63,925 nucleotides of DNA, filler included, from Chiloscyllium plagiosum (GCF_004010195.1; 4 parts of one record of this genome joined end to end with filler, not necessarily neighbours in it), one strand, 5' to 3'. Positions 1 through 13,535 are shown, counted from the whole stretch's first letter. A program made the numbers and translations. The notes: generated by a model not told the origin, from the letters alone.

Positions 1-215
1 CCCTTTACCTAAATTGATTCCATTTAGGTAGTAATCTGCCTTCCTATTCTTGCCACCAAAGTGGATAACCATACATTTATCCACATTAAACTGCATCTGC
101 CATGCATCTGACCACTCACCTAACTTGTCCAGGTCACCCTGTAATCTCCTAACATCCTCATCACATTTCACCCTGCCACCCAGCTTTGTATCATCAGCAA
201 ATTTGTGAATGTTAT
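1..215 (-). mobile_element. CR1 LINE RT fragment
   Basis: Reverse complement encodes KFADDTKL and downstream RT residues. Confidence 0.85.
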
Positions 216-223
216 TACTAATA

Positions 224-1380
224 CCAAGCATGTGGATGAGGGTAGAGCAGTGGATGTAGTGTACATGGATTTTAGTAAGGCATTTGATAAGGTTCCCCAT
301 GGTAGGCTTATGCGGAACGTCAGGAGGCATGGGATAGAGGGAAATTTGGCCAGTTGGATCGAAAACTGGCTAACCGGTCGAAGTCAGAGAGTGGTGGTAG
401 ATGGCAAATATTCAGCCTGGGGCCCAGTTACAAGTGGAGTTCCGCAGGGATCAGTTCTGCTGTTTGTAATTTTTATTAATGACTTGGATGAGGGAGTCGA
501 AGGGTGGGTAGGTAAATTTGCAGATGATACGAAGATTGGTGGAGTTGTGGATAGTGAGGAGGGCTGTTGTCGACTGCAATGAGACTTAGATATGATGCGG
601 AGCTGGGCTGAGGAGTGGCAGATGGAGTTCAACCTTGCCAAGTGTGAGGTTGTCCATTTTGGAAAGACAAATAAGAATGCGGAATACAGGGTTAACGGTA
701 GGGTTCTTAGTGAGGTGGAGGAACAGAGGGATCTTGGGGTCTATGTTCATAGGTCTTTGAAAGTTGCCACTCAGGTGGATAGAGCTTGTAAGAAGGCCTA
801 TGGTGTATTAGCGTTCATTAGCAGAGGGATTGAATTCAAGAGTCGTGAGGTGATGTTGCAGCTGTACAGGACTTTGGATAGGCCACATTTGAAGTACTGT
901 TTGCAGTTCTGGTCGCCTCACTTTAGGAAAGATGTGGAAGCTTTGGAGAGGGTGCAGAGAAGATTTACCAGGATGTTGCCTGGAATGGAGAATAGGTCGT
1001 ACGAGGATAGGTTGAGAGTGCTAGGCCTTTTCTCACTGGAACGGCGAAGGAGGAGGGATGACTTGATAGAGGTTTATAAGATGATCAGAGGAATAGATAG
1101 AGTCGACAGTCAGAAACTTTTTCCCCGGGTACAACAGAGTGTTACAAGGGGACATAAATTTAAGGTGAAGGGTGGAAGGTATAGGGGAGATGTCAGGGGT
1201 GGGTTCTTTACCCAGAGATGGTGGGGGCATGGAATGCGCTGCCTGTGGGAGTGGTAGAATCAGAATCTTTGGTGACCTTTAAGCGGCAATTGGATAGGTA
1301 CATGGATGGGTGCTTAAGCTAGGACAAATGTTCGGCACAACATTGTGGGCCGAAGGGCCTGTTCTGTGCTGTATTGTTCT
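224..1380 (+). mobile_element. 5'-truncated, relatively young CR1 LINE (RT C-terminus + 3' UTR)
   Basis: [43 protein letters not shown]; one internal TGA at 580-582; typical 3' stem-loop and tail. Confidence 0.96.
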
Positions 1381-1794
1381 AAATGCTGTTTGTCACACAA
1401 GTAACCCTGTGGTGTAGCTTCACCAGTTTGACACTTCATTTTTAAATATGCCTGGTGCTGTTACTGGCATGCTGACCTCTACTCTCCATTGAACCCCAGT
1501 TGATCTTTTGGCTGGATCTTAATGATAAAGTGGGGCAATATGCCAGGCCATTAGGTTTACAGATTGCATTGTGTTCTGTTGCTTCCGATGCCCCACAGTG
1601 ACTCATGCAATCCCAGTCCTGAGTTGTTAGAACTGTTTGAAGTCATTCCCATTTAACACGGTAATAGTGCCTCTCACCACAGTGCAAGGTTTCCTCAATA
1701 TTTGGATAAGAATTCCTACCATTCCTATCATGGACACACACAGCTGTAACGATTAAATTAATGAGGTCAAGCAGGTTCATCCCTCTTGTTGGTC

Positions 1795-1848
1795 AGGGTT
1801 AGGGTTAGCGTTAGCGTTAGGATTAGGGTTAGGATTATGGTTAGGGTT
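1795..1848 (+). repeat. Degenerate interstitial telomeric repeat, about 9 (TTAGGG) units
   Basis: Tandem TTAGGG/TTAGCG/TTAGGA/TTATGG units. Confidence 0.85.
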
Positions 1849-2419
1849 CAATCATTCATTATGATCTTGTCTGATCATCCAACTTAGTACTCTGTGATGG
1901 CTTTCCCCTCATACCCTTTGATTCATTTAGCCCTGATTACAGAGCCAAAACAACAGAAAATGCCAGAGAAAAGAATAATCAACTTTTATTGTGCTCCCTG
2001 GTCATAATGAACATTGAATAATGCATTTCTTTATGGTTACCATGAAACAACAGTCAATTTCAAGTGTTGCATTATATTCAGTACAGAGAAGAATCAAAAA
2101 GATCCCCAATTGTAGGGAACTGTTGTAACAAGGAGAGATGTGGAGCGATTGTTTCCTTTTATTGGAGAGTCCAGGACAAGAAGGCAAGAAAAATAATTTC
2201 TTCTCTCAGAGGGCTATGAATTGGTGGAAATCTTTACTACAGAGGGCTGTCAAGGCTGAATCGATTACTGTTTTCAAAGCTAAGATAGACAGGTTTTTAA
2301 CTATTAAAAGAATCAAGGTTTATGAGGAAAAGGCAAGAAGTTGAGATATGGATTATCAGATTAGCCATGATCTAATTGAATGGTAGGGCAGATTTGATGA
2401 GCCAAATTGCCAATTTATA

Positions 2420-5270
2420 GGAATATAGTAACAGGTGTAAGCCATTCAGCCTCTTGAGCCTGGACTGCCATTCAATAATATTCAGGGCCTTGAGTATAGA
2501 AGTTAGGAAGTTATGTTGCAGTTGTACAGGATGTTGGTGAGGCTGCACTTGGCGTATTGTGTTCAGTTTTGGTCACCTTGCTATAGGAAGGATGTCACTA
2601 AACTGGAAAGAGTGCAGAAGAAATTTACAAGGATGTTGCCAGGACTCAATGGTCTGAGTTAGAGGGAGAGGTTGGACAAGCTAGGAGTTTTTTTCTTTAT
2701 AACGTAAAAGAATGAGGGGGAATCTTAGAAGTGTATAAAGATCATGAGAGGCATGGATAAGGTGAATGGACTCGGTCTTTTTCCCAAGGTTGGGGAATCA
2801 AGGACTAGAGGGCATCAGTTTAAGGTTAGAGGGAAAAGAATAAAAGGGAATCTGAGGGGCAACTTTTTTACGCAGAGGGTGGTATGCATATGCAATGAGC
2901 GGAAGGGTTGAGCCGGATATATTAACAACATTTAAAAGTCATTTGGCCAAATACATGGATAGGAAAGGTTTAGAAGGATATGGGGCAAGTACAGGGAAAT
3001 GGTGTTAGCACTGATGGACATTTTGGTCGGCATGGACCAGTTTGGGCCAAAGGGCCTGTCTCTGTACTATAACACTCTATGATTCTCTATGAATCTAAGA
3101 TCATAGCTGATCCGTGGCCTAATTTAATATGCCTGCCTTGGGCCCATATCACTTGATACCTCGTTTAATAAAGAAAAGGTCCATCTCAGATTTAAAGTTA
3201 ACAATTGAATTAATATGTACGGCTATTTAAGGAAAGGTTTTCCAAACCTACCATACTTTCTAACACCTCTCCTGGATGGACTGGCCTTAATTCTTAGACT
3301 ATGCCCCTAGTTCTAGAATCTTTAACCAGTGGAAATAATTTATCTACCCTGTCCTTCCCTGTTACTATCCTGAAGAGCTTGATTAGGGATCACCCCTTAA
3401 CCTTTTAAGTTAAAAATCACACAATGCCAGGTTATAGTCCAACAGGTTCATTTGGAAGCACTAGCTTTCAGAGAGCTGCTCCTTCATCAGGTGGTTGTGG
3501 AGAATAAGATTGTAAGACACAGAATTTATAGCAACAATATACAGTGTAGTGTAACTGAAATTATATATTGAAAAAGACCTGGATTGTTTGTTACATCTGT
3601 CATCTTTTAGAATGACCATGTTGGTTTCAGTTCTTTCATATGTAAATAACAAAACTTTTTTAAAAGTTACATTCTCATGTGAACTTTCACAATTGGTGTC
3701 ATGTCAGCCCAGATAATGCATTGAAGGTGTGACTGCCCTGTGTGAGACTGTCTGTGCCACAATGGTCAAACTAATTCTTTTAATTTAACTTGTAATTCAT
3801 TAATTTAATTTAATTTAATTTAATTAAACTTTTAAATTCTCGAGAATAAAGGCTTAATTTGTCTAATTGCACTTCCTAATCCCTGAAGTGCAGGTATCAT
3901 CTCTGTAAACCTGCACTGAACTCCCTCCAGGGCCAAAACATCCTTTCGAAGTGTGGTATCCAGATCTGCTAACAGTACTCAAAGTGGGGTCTAACTCAGG
4001 TTTTGTATAACTGCAACATAATGTCTGCATATTGATATTCCAGCCCTTTAGATATGAAGGTCAACATTCCATTAACCTTCTAGATTATGTTTTGACCTGT
4101 TTGTGGCATTTTAAAGAGCGACACACCAGAACCCCCGATCTTATTAGTCTTCTGCTGTACTTAATTTTGTGTCTTTTGAAAAAAACCTAATTTTTTTCAA
4201 TCAAAAATGGATTGCTTATGTTAGAATCCATTCGCCACAGCTTTGCCCATACATCTAATCTATCAATATCCTGTTGTAATTTTATGCTGTCATCCACTAT
4301 TGCAATAACCTCACAGAGAGTGGTATACCATCACCAAGTTACCCTTTATTTACATGTGGAGAGTCCTTGACACTAATCCAGCTCCCTCAGAGCCGACTCT
4401 CAGAGTGAACAGAATCTCTGACACTCTTGCTTATATCTGTCAGCCAGAGCTCCATAATTGGACTGACATTTCCAATCGGGGCACTCATATTCTGTGAGGT
4501 CCAGCTGGATGACCTCATTAAAATCACTGCATCTACAATGCTACCCAAATTTATGTCATTCGCAAATTTAGGTATTTGACATTTTATGTCATTATCGAAG
4601 TCATTAATGAGTACTATGAATAACTTAGATCCCAACACTGATCCTGATGTGTTACCCATCACTTCCTCCCAATTTGAGCCTTTTCCCATTATTCCAACTC
4701 TCTGTTTCCTGCCACCCAATCAATTTCCTATCCATGTCAGTAATTTGTCCTCAAATCCATGTAATTTTACCTTAGCTAACAGTCTTGTGTGTGGGACTTT
4801 ACCAAAAACCTTCTGGAAGTCCAGATAAACAACATCCTTTGACTAACCTATGTCCACCACCTTTGTGACTTCTTCAAAATCTCTATGAAGTCTATCAAAC
4901 ATGACCTATCCTGCATGAATCTACACTTACTTTCCTTGATTAGTTGAATTTTTTTAGGGATGATCAGTTGCCCTATCCTCGATAATAAACTCCAACAATT
5001 TATCTACCACAGATGTTAGGCTAATGGTCGGTATTTCTCTGATTTCCCTCTGCCACCCTTCTTAAAGAACAGAGTGACATGGGCAAATTGCCAATCCAGA
5101 GGTACGACTGCTGAATCGAGGAACTTTGAAAAATGATGGTTAGGATATTGGATATGTGCTCTCCTGCCTCCTTTAATACCTGTGAATGGAAATCATCAGG
5201 TCCTGGGGATTTTTAATTCTTCAGGTTCATTAATTTCCCTATTATTGATGATTTACTTAAGCTAATGGTT
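2420..5270 (-). mobile_element. Old CR1 LINE split by nested insertions (+ strand CR1 at about 2482-3090, PLE-derived repeat at about 3410-3780, solo LTR at 4301-4531)
   Basis: Degenerate RT residues (GSVLGSKLF, KFANDINLG) on the minus strand resume after each insertion. Confidence 0.8.
4301..4531 (-). mobile_element. Solo LTR of the Gypsy family found at 42209-45460
   Basis: TG...CA ends; reverse complement aligns by eye with the LTRs at 42209-42431 and 45242-45460. Confidence 0.8.
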
Positions 5271-6242
5271 TTTAGAATCTGTTCCTGATACTCTGTTAAT
5301 TTCTTTGGGACTTTCACCAAGCTATCTGACATGGCTGCTACTTCTATGTTTCATGATCTAAAGACTGGAGAAATGTTTTTCAGTTTGGGAGAGAGAAATG
5401 TTATAGAATTATGCAAGATTTTTAAGAAAAATTTTTTAAAAGCCCAAAATATTACTTTGCATTAACTTACAGAAGTAGAAATTGGAAAGCAGATTAAGAG
5501 AAGAGTATTTCTAGCACCAAGATCAGGTATATTTTGCACAAAAGCTGATAAACATGAGGAACAAAGTTTTAGATAAAATAATCATAGTGAAAATTATGAT
5601 GTTCTCATGGAGTGATGCTCCGATTGATTTTAATGAATGTATTTAAAGAATCTGAATGGTTTCACTCATCCATAATTATCTTGAAATCTTGTAATTGTCT
5701 TCATAAACTTGATTTGTAGTTATTTCGCAAAAGCATCATGGACTGTTACTGCACTTTGTGTCGTAAATTGGAGAGCTCACAGAGTACAGTGTGATTCTGT
5801 ATTGTATCCAGTACATGCTTAATAATGAAAAGAATTCATTGTGCACCCTGTGGTCTGCTGTCCCAGAATACTTTATACATAAGGTCATGTTTCAGTTCGT
5901 AGTGAGCTGAAATACTGTTTTGTATAAGGCACAAGAGATTAACTTTTAACAATCTTGTCCTTGCTGAAAATTGACGTGTGAGCTGGCATTGATCACTGAT
6001 CAAGAAGTATGAATTGAACCTGACATGGATTTGCTCATTGCTAGATGAAAAGTACTGAGGTGGAACCTACACTCGACCAACAAACGTCGCGTGCCCGAAA
6101 CATCGATTCTCCTACTCCTCGGATGCTACCTGACCTGCTGTGCTTTTCCGGCACCACACTCTCGATCCTGATCTCCATTTTCTCACTTTCTCCTATTTTG
6201 ACATTGTTAGTCATGTTAGATCATGGTTAGTCTGATTGTGGT

Positions 6243-7195
6243 AGAAAGTGAGGACTGCAGATGCTGGAGATCAGAGCTGAAAATGTGTTGCTGGAAAAGC
6301 GCAGCAGGTCAGGCAGCATCCAAGGAGCAGGAGAATCGACGTTTTGGGCATGAGCCCTTCTTCAGGAATGAGGAAAGTGTGACACATTTTCACTCTGATC
6401 TCCAGCATCTGCAGTCCTCACTTTCTCCTTTAACAACCTGGGAACCAGTCACATTGTTGTGGGCAGCATAAAGCTTTTATCGCCAACAACTTGTCATCAC
6501 TCCACAATCCAGCTACCTGTTGCTGGCTGAACCTCACTTTGTACATGCCCCTTGATGCCTGATCATCTACAGCTCATCTTTCCTCACTGGTTGGACAAAC
6601 AGCAGCGTAAATGATACTAATGGTAAGTATTTGCAGCTTGCTGTTCAAACTTTCAGCAATCCCTTCCACAGTTCTTGGTATTTAAACCCATCCTTTCCCA
6701 TTTCAGTCCACAATGAAAAGGATGGAGAAATGAAAAGATATCGTCTGTATAATGGACTACCCCTAATGCGCTGGAGAAGGTGGCGGTGAGCTGCCATTGC
6801 AGTCCTGGTGCAGTAAGTACAAACTACAACGGTGTAAGGAACGGAGTTCCTGGTTTTTGACCAAATAACACAGATGGAAAAATGATACATTTTCGAGACA
6901 TAATTGTGTGCGACGTGAAGAGGAATTTGATGGTATTCCAATGTAACTATCCTTGATCTTCTAGCTAGTAGAGGTTGGAGTTTGGGAATGTGCTGTTGGA
7001 GGAGTCTTGCAAAGTTACGACAGTGCATCTTATGGGATGGTATATCCAGCTACAATTATGTATTGGTGTTGCTTGGGGTTAAAGGTGATGGATAGGGTGC
7101 CAATCAAAGAGATTAATCTGTCTTAACCTTCTTCCACCTATCGCATTTCCAACGCTCCTCCCCCAAGTCCCTCCTCCCTACCTTTTATCTTAGTC
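6243..7195. mobile_element. Composite PLE-associated insertion flanked by a 15-nt TSD
   Basis: TAGTCTGATTGTGGT occurs at 6228-6242 and 7196-7210; PLE pseudo-LTR pieces lie at both ends. Confidence 0.7.
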
Positions 7196-7409
7196 TAGTC
7201 TGATTGTGGTCAAAATTCCACATTCCTGTATTCCCCAATAACCTCTGACTTCCTTGTTAATCAAGCATTTACCTACCTCAGCTTTAAAGGACTCTGCTTC
7301 TACAGCTCTAAGGGAAGAGTTCCAAAACCCCTTCTTATGTCTATGCTAATTGAAAGACATCTTATTTTTAAATAGAGTCTCCTCATTCTAGTTTCTTTCA
7401 CAAATATCC

Positions 7410-7738
7410 TCATGATAGGGTAAATAGACAAGGTGTTTTCCCTGGGTTAGAGGAGTCCAGAACTAGTGGGCATAGATTTAGGGTGAGGGGGAAAATATTT
7501 GAAAGGGACGTAAGAGGCATCTTTTTCATGCAAAGGGTGGTGCATGTATGGAGTGAAGTGGTGGAGGCTGGTACAATTACAACATTTAAAAGGCAGATGC
7601 GTATATGAATAGGAAGGGTTCAGAGGGATATGAGCCAAGTGGTGGCAAGTGGGACTAGATTTATTTAGGATATCTAGTAGGCATGGACAGGTTAGATTGA
7701 AGGGTCAGTTTCTGTGCTGCATATCCCTTTTACTCTAT
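7410..7738 (+). mobile_element. CR1 LINE 3' end
   Basis: Matches the other CR1 3' ends in the window. Confidence 0.85.
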
Positions 7739-8317
7739 GTGAATAGTATATATTTAACTGTAAAATCAAAGGAATGGTTATTGCTCATGGAACTCACTGT
7801 GAGATAGGCAAGTCTGAGATTTTATGAGCAACAATGTAAAAATGCGATTCTCCAAGGATGTCAAAAAAAGATGCCTATAAAAGTGTTGTGATCTCCATGG
7901 AACTAACTTCCTCAAAGGACCTTAAGGCATTTGCCTGATGCCAGGTCAGGGGAGTCTCTCTTGTGCAGCAATTCAAAACTGCCAATCAGAATGAGGTATT
8001 CTCACAGTCAGCAAAACAGAAATTCAAAGGTATTGAATCCATTTACTTTGGATTTACAGTTTCAGACAACAAAATTAATGATTTAATTGGTGTAAAGTTA
8101 AAATAAAAAATAATTACAAACTAATAATGTGGAACATCTATCATTTCACAAATACAGAATTAATCTGTCGGGTGAGTAAGGTTATTTAACTATAATTAGG
8201 AAATATATTTTCCATTAAAACTTCAATTATCAGGAAATGTCAGAGAATTTGAGAAGTACTTTGCATTAGTCTTCACAGTAGAAAACATTAATAGCATTCG
8301 AAGAATACTAAATGCAA

Positions 8318-8350
8318 GTGTGTATGTGTGTGTGTGTGTGTGTATGTGTC
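8318..8350. repeat. (TG)n microsatellite
   Basis: Seen directly. Confidence 0.9.
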
Positions 8351-9531
8351 TGAGACAAAAAGGCAATTAAATCCCCTCGTCCTGAGGGTTTGCAGGAGGG
8401 TTGTATCTAGAGGAAATAGCTACAGAGATAGTTATCTATTACATGTGTCTTCAATCAGATTATTTATTCCTCATCCCTTATTCCTGCATTCTTTATGAAA
8501 ATGCTTGCCATTTTGGTGGATGAATGGGCAAATTAACTATGTCGTCTTAACATGATCAACTTTTTCTCTTCTAAATTTCTCACCTCAATGTATATAATAC
8601 TTCTTTAATTTATTTAGTGAAGAGGTTATGATCCATTAAAAGAATATGATTGTTTTCTTGAATTTGTAAATTGCAAATTCACAGATTTTTGAAAAATCAT
8701 CATAATTTTCCAAATCCATATTTTTCACCTATAGCCTACTTAATGAAAATGGCATTTCATTGATTACTATAGCCATAAGAACAAAAATAATTGTATGGGT
8801 TATTTTAAAGAAAATACTATCCTTTTTAAAAATGTTATTATCTTATCATCTCCAAATTGCAACTAATGGAACTCAAAAATTCCTTCATTTTGTGCTGAGC
8901 TTTATTACTCACAGAGTCTAGGTAGTATTTAAGCTGGTCTGTTCCATACACTGTTGACATGCAACTGCTGTACAATATGAACATTTAAAAGATTCTACCA
9001 ACAACACAGTCATCATTGGGCTGAAACATGTTATGACAATTACAATCCTCTCTCTTTCATCCATATCTTCACTTTCTTCTTCTGAATTTTCTGTTTGATG
9101 TTTAATTTTGAATAATCTAGTTTAATGTTTAGGACAGTTCATGTCATAATAATACTTTGAATCATACCTGAAACAATGATTGACTCCACCTTAGGCATTT
9201 CGGATCTTCATATTTAATCCTCTTTGTTTCTCAAAATTGTCAGAAGCATTTCTGTCTTCATTTCCCTTACTTAAAATTCTACTTTCATACTTTTGTCTGT
9301 GTCACACATTTAGACCCTGTCTTGCCAGCACATTAAATTGCATCTCCATTTTCTGTCATTTGACCAGTTGCCCACTTGCACCATAAATACAACTAAAAAA
9401 AAGCTATCTAAGGAATAGTTTTTAATGCTTCCAAACGCTGTTCCAATGGTGTGTATTTGCAAATTTGACTCCCATTAAAACTAGAAGTTTGTATGAACCC
9501 AACACTTTGGCAAAGCCAGAGGCAGGGTCAC

Positions 9532-9603
9532 TGGACTCAAAATATTGACTCAGTTTTCACTCCAGAGTGGACTCAAAATATTGACTCAGTTTTCACTCCA
9601 GAG
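9532..9603 (+). repeat. Perfect 36-nt tandem duplication inside a PLE-derived repeat
   Basis: TGGACTCAAAATATTGACTCAGTTTTCACTCCAGAG occurs twice. Confidence 0.9.
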
Positions 9604-11408
9604 ATGCTGCCAGTACTGAGTTTCTCCAGCAATTTCTATTTTTGTTTCAGATTTCTAGCATCTGCAGTTCTTTGTTTTAACTTAAATACCAGCACACATC
9701 AGTGAATTTCCAAACAGAATTTCTGCAGTCTTGCATACAATTTACTGAATCCCATAATTTATTTTTCTAAGGAACTATCTTCAATCTTTCTGAATTTATC
9801 TCAATCTGACAATATCTCATAAGTAGTTAATAAATACTCTTTTTGATAGACTTAACAATGGAAGTTAATAATTTGATTAAATCTTCATCCATGACTAAAT
9901 CATCAGTCTTGAATTCTGAAAAGAATGTGTTTCTTTTCCTGCTTTTGAATAGTAACAAAACAGCCAAGGCCACACCTTGTTTCTTCTTCAGTAAAATAAC
10001 ACCATGGATCCCCATAGTTGCTTCATTCTCTCACAGGTCAAAGCGTTCACATTCAGCAAACAGAGGTGGGGTAATCATGCCCCATTATTTTAGATTGTTA
10101 TTCAGCTATCTCTCTGAGTTTTTCTCTGTTTACTCTTGGTTAGAATAATGCTTGGAATTACAAACAGCTAACTTTTATATGCTACCAGTGTCAAAAACCA
10201 AAAGTTAAAGGTTGTTTCAATAGAGCCAGGCATATGCTTTTCTGATTGGACTTTTACTCCAAATTACCTATTACAACACACCAACCATTTGATTATTATT
10301 CTTCATTCACACACATACACACAAACAGTCATGTTTTCACCCAATTATCCCCTAATTATCAAAGCTCCTGTTCCTTAGTTTCACTTGCTTTCAGGTATCT
10401 CTGCTAGTCTCTATTAAATGATAAGAACCTCTGATTAATTGCCTGACATTATAGCTTCTTTGTCTTTATTGTACAGCCTAGAAATGCAACTGCCAGCCCT
10501 TCAAATGACCTGAAATTCTCTAGTTATTGAAGTGCCATTGAGAAAGTTCACCATTGATGGCATCACTATCAGTCCTTAATAAGGAGCAAAGGAGGAGGTC
10601 ATCTTGGAATGTAAGTGGGGTGAATTTGTCAGGGCCAGTCAGAGAGCCCCTCGCCATGGGAAGGGCATAAGTTTGCGATAGCAAGCAGGAGGCCAATGGA
10701 AGATCAAGTGGGGGCAGCCCTCACTCCAGGCCTACAGGTAGGCTGCTGGCCTAAAAGACCAAGCTCTCTGGTCCACAGATAAGTGAATTTCCTGTCAGCT
10801 ATCCTGTTACTGCTAAATTACCAGTACAGACAGACACACAATGGGTATGACACCCTCTGACATCCCACCTGATTTTATACCTATTTGTATGTAAGCCTTG
10901 TCCCAAGGGGAGCATGAAGTTATTGCATTTAATTATTTTCTATTTAAAAGCAAAGGGTATAATTCTTAAAACTAACAACGTAGGTCTCTCACACATAGCA
11001 TGACATTTCTGTAGAAAAATGGAATTGGATTATTTTTCTGTATATCCTGTTTTCCATGCCAGTTGGCAGTTACGTACACTATCCTTAGAAGTTCTCTAAT
11101 AAATGGCACACAGAGCAGGCCATAGAATCAACTTATAGTCTAATTTACTAATTCTAAAACTGACTCCAAGGATAATTAGTTCTTATCCTGTTATTTAATG
11201 AAATCATGATATAAAATAAAATGATTTTTCCATCTCACAAGCTTTTACATAATAAAACAGTTTATCATGAAGACTTTTATCAGAACATTTTCCAAAGTTA
11301 AGATACTTACTAATACAACATTTCCAACTACCAACCAACATAGGTCCTGAATGTTTCTGTTTGTTATGAATGGCATACCTTTTGTAGAACAAAGATGAGA
11401 AGGTAAGA

Positions 11409-11643
11409 CAAAACAAAAATGCAAAGAACTGCAGATGGTTTAAATCAAGAACAAGAACACAAGTTACTGGAAAAGCTCAGCACACCTGGCAGCATCTGGG
11501 AAGAAAAATCAGAGTTAACGTTTCGGGTCTGGTGATCCTTCCTCAGGGTCACTGGCCCCGAAATGTTAACTCTGATTTTTCTTCCCAGATGCTGCCAGAC
11601 ATGCTGAGCTTTTCCAGCAACTTCTGTTTTTGTTATTGTTGAT
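11409..11643. mobile_element. Palindromic PLE-derived short element with a hammerhead core
   Basis: Inverted arms; 15-nt TSD GATGAGAAGGTAAGA (11394-11408 and 11644-11658). Minus strand 11517-11546 reads CUGAGGA-A-GGAUC-ACCA-GACCC-GAAA-CG-UU. Confidence 0.8.
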
Positions 11644-12029
11644 GATGAGAAGGTAAGAGGTTATTCAGCCCATTATGTTTCACTGCCTGGATATTCTAAA
11701 TATAAATCCAAAGCCCAATGTCTTGTAATTCTTTCTGCCTAAACTCTTTTTCAATATGGAATGGCCTCTTCTTCAACTATTTCATAGTTTAAGCAATCTG
11801 CAGTCTCTTACATGCGGAAACATTGGACAGAATATTATAGGGGTCTGACCAATGTCGCCTATGGCAAGATTCATGGCAGAAACAGATGGTAAGTCTAGTG
11901 AGGCCTATCTTGACATCAGGAGCATATTGTTCCATCTTTTATGCTTTTTGCAAGTGGCATGAAAAGTTTCTCATAAGGCAGTGATGCGTTGTCAATTAAG
12001 GAGGGTTGTAGCTTGTTAAATACATTGTC

Positions 12030-12445
12030 TGAAAACAGCTGGGGCTGTATTCCCTGGAGTGTCGGAGGCTGAGAGGTGACCCTCATTAACATCATGAGGG
12101 GCATGGATAAAGTAAATAGGTACGGTATTTTCCCTGGGGTAGGGGAGTTTAGAATAAGATGGTATAGGTTTATGCTGATAAGGAAAAGATATAAAAGGGA
12201 CCTAAGGGACAACGTTTTCAGGCTGAGGTGGTCTGTGTATGGAATGAGCTGCCAGAGGAAGGGGTGGAGGATGGTACAATTACAGCATTTAAAAGACATC
12301 TGGATGTATATATGAATAGGAAGGGTTTGGTGGGATATGGGCTACGTGCTGGCAAATGAGACTAGATTAGATTGGGATATCTGGTCAGCATGGATGAGTT
12401 GGATTGAAGGGTCTGTTTTTATGTTGTACACCTCCATGACTCTAT
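12030..12445 (+). mobile_element. CR1 LINE 3' end
   Basis: Degenerate RT tail and 3' UTR ending ATGACTCTATGA. Confidence 0.85.
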
Positions 12446-13320
12446 GATGATCCAACTCATCTCAGTATTCAGCTTTCTATTTTACCAAACTCTGAATGGT
12501 CTCGAGCCAAAGTGCAGCTCAGGCGCAAACCTCCAGACACCAGCTGTATGTACACCTCATCCACAGATTTTGGCATCCAACCTGTGCCAACTCCTCATGA
12601 CCATCATGGCACCTCTCCAATATACTCTGGTATTCAAAGGACTGAGATATCAAACTCCAAAACTATTCTTGTTTGACAAATTCCCCAACCAAACATTCAA
12701 GAATTGTCTGGGGACCAGTTCCTAACTCTTCAGTGATTTTCCATAAAAATTTCTATCTGCAGCATTACATGAGGTGCTGCAAGTTGGTTTTCGAAAGTAA
12801 GAATGTATCAATGTATTTAAATTTGCCGATCCTACTATTTTTGAGAGGAAGTACTAAAATCTCAGGGGTCCCAGCCCACTTCCATAGTGATGAATTGACA
12901 CTGGGAAGATTTTGAATCAGAATTTATTCTAAATTGAGGCCTAAATTTTTGCCCCAGTAACAAGGCTCTCAGTCATATTGAAAGTGATGGACAAGCCTGG
13001 AAATGGAAAGTACCACCCCTCAGCAAGGCACTTTCCTTTTCTGCAGCAGAGGAAATTTGCACATGCATGCACAGTTCTTAAAGGCAGCTACCCACTGAAA
13101 TCATTAGATGCCTCAGCTGAAAAAGGATTTTGGTAGGGTTAGAACATGGAGATTAAATGTGGTTAAAACAGATCTGAACTTTGAACATTTCTTTGTAAAA
13201 ACAGGGTATTCTATGGAGAAGTAGGTTTTGTGTTTATATCTGGTTCCAAGACACCTTTCAGGAGTTAAAGTGCCTTTGATGGAGGTCAGATGCCCTGATG
13301 AATTTGTGCATAAATGTGCA

Positions 13321-13535
13321 TAGCTGAAAAATGTGTTGCAGGAAAAGCGCAGTAGGTCAGGCAGCATCCAAGGAGCAGGAGAATCGACATTTCAGGCATA
13401 AGCCCTTCTCCTGAAGAAGGGCTTATGCCCGAAACGTTGATTCTCCTGTTCCTTGGATGCTGTCTGACCTGCTGCGCTTTTCCTGCAACACATTTTTCAG
13501 CTCTGATCTCCAGCATCTGCAGACCTCACTTTCTA
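13321..13535. mobile_element. Palindromic PLE-derived short element
   Basis: Near-perfect inverted arms of about 85 nt; TSD CATAAATGTGCA (13309-13320 and 13536-13547). Confidence 0.85.
13411..13438 (+). ncRNA. Minimal type I hammerhead ribozyme core
   Basis: CUGAAGA-A-GGGC-UUAU-GCCC-GAAA-CG-UU. Confidence 0.65.

Noticed and set aside
2036..2048. RFX X-box-like GTTACCATGAAAC
   Set aside because: Imperfect, isolated between repeats, and with no promoter context.
5471..5544. Exon-like segment on either strand (+ 5473-5526 VEIGKQIKRRVFLAPRS; - 5544-5471 FVQNIPDLGARNTLLLICFPISTS with a GTAAGT donor)
   Set aside because: Splice signals are plausible, but there is no recognisable homology and no convincing partner exons; needs RNA-seq.
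8912..9198. Three small minus-strand exon candidates that can be joined in frame
   Set aside because: Requires a 51-nt intron, implausibly short for a vertebrate, and the peptide is unrecognisable.
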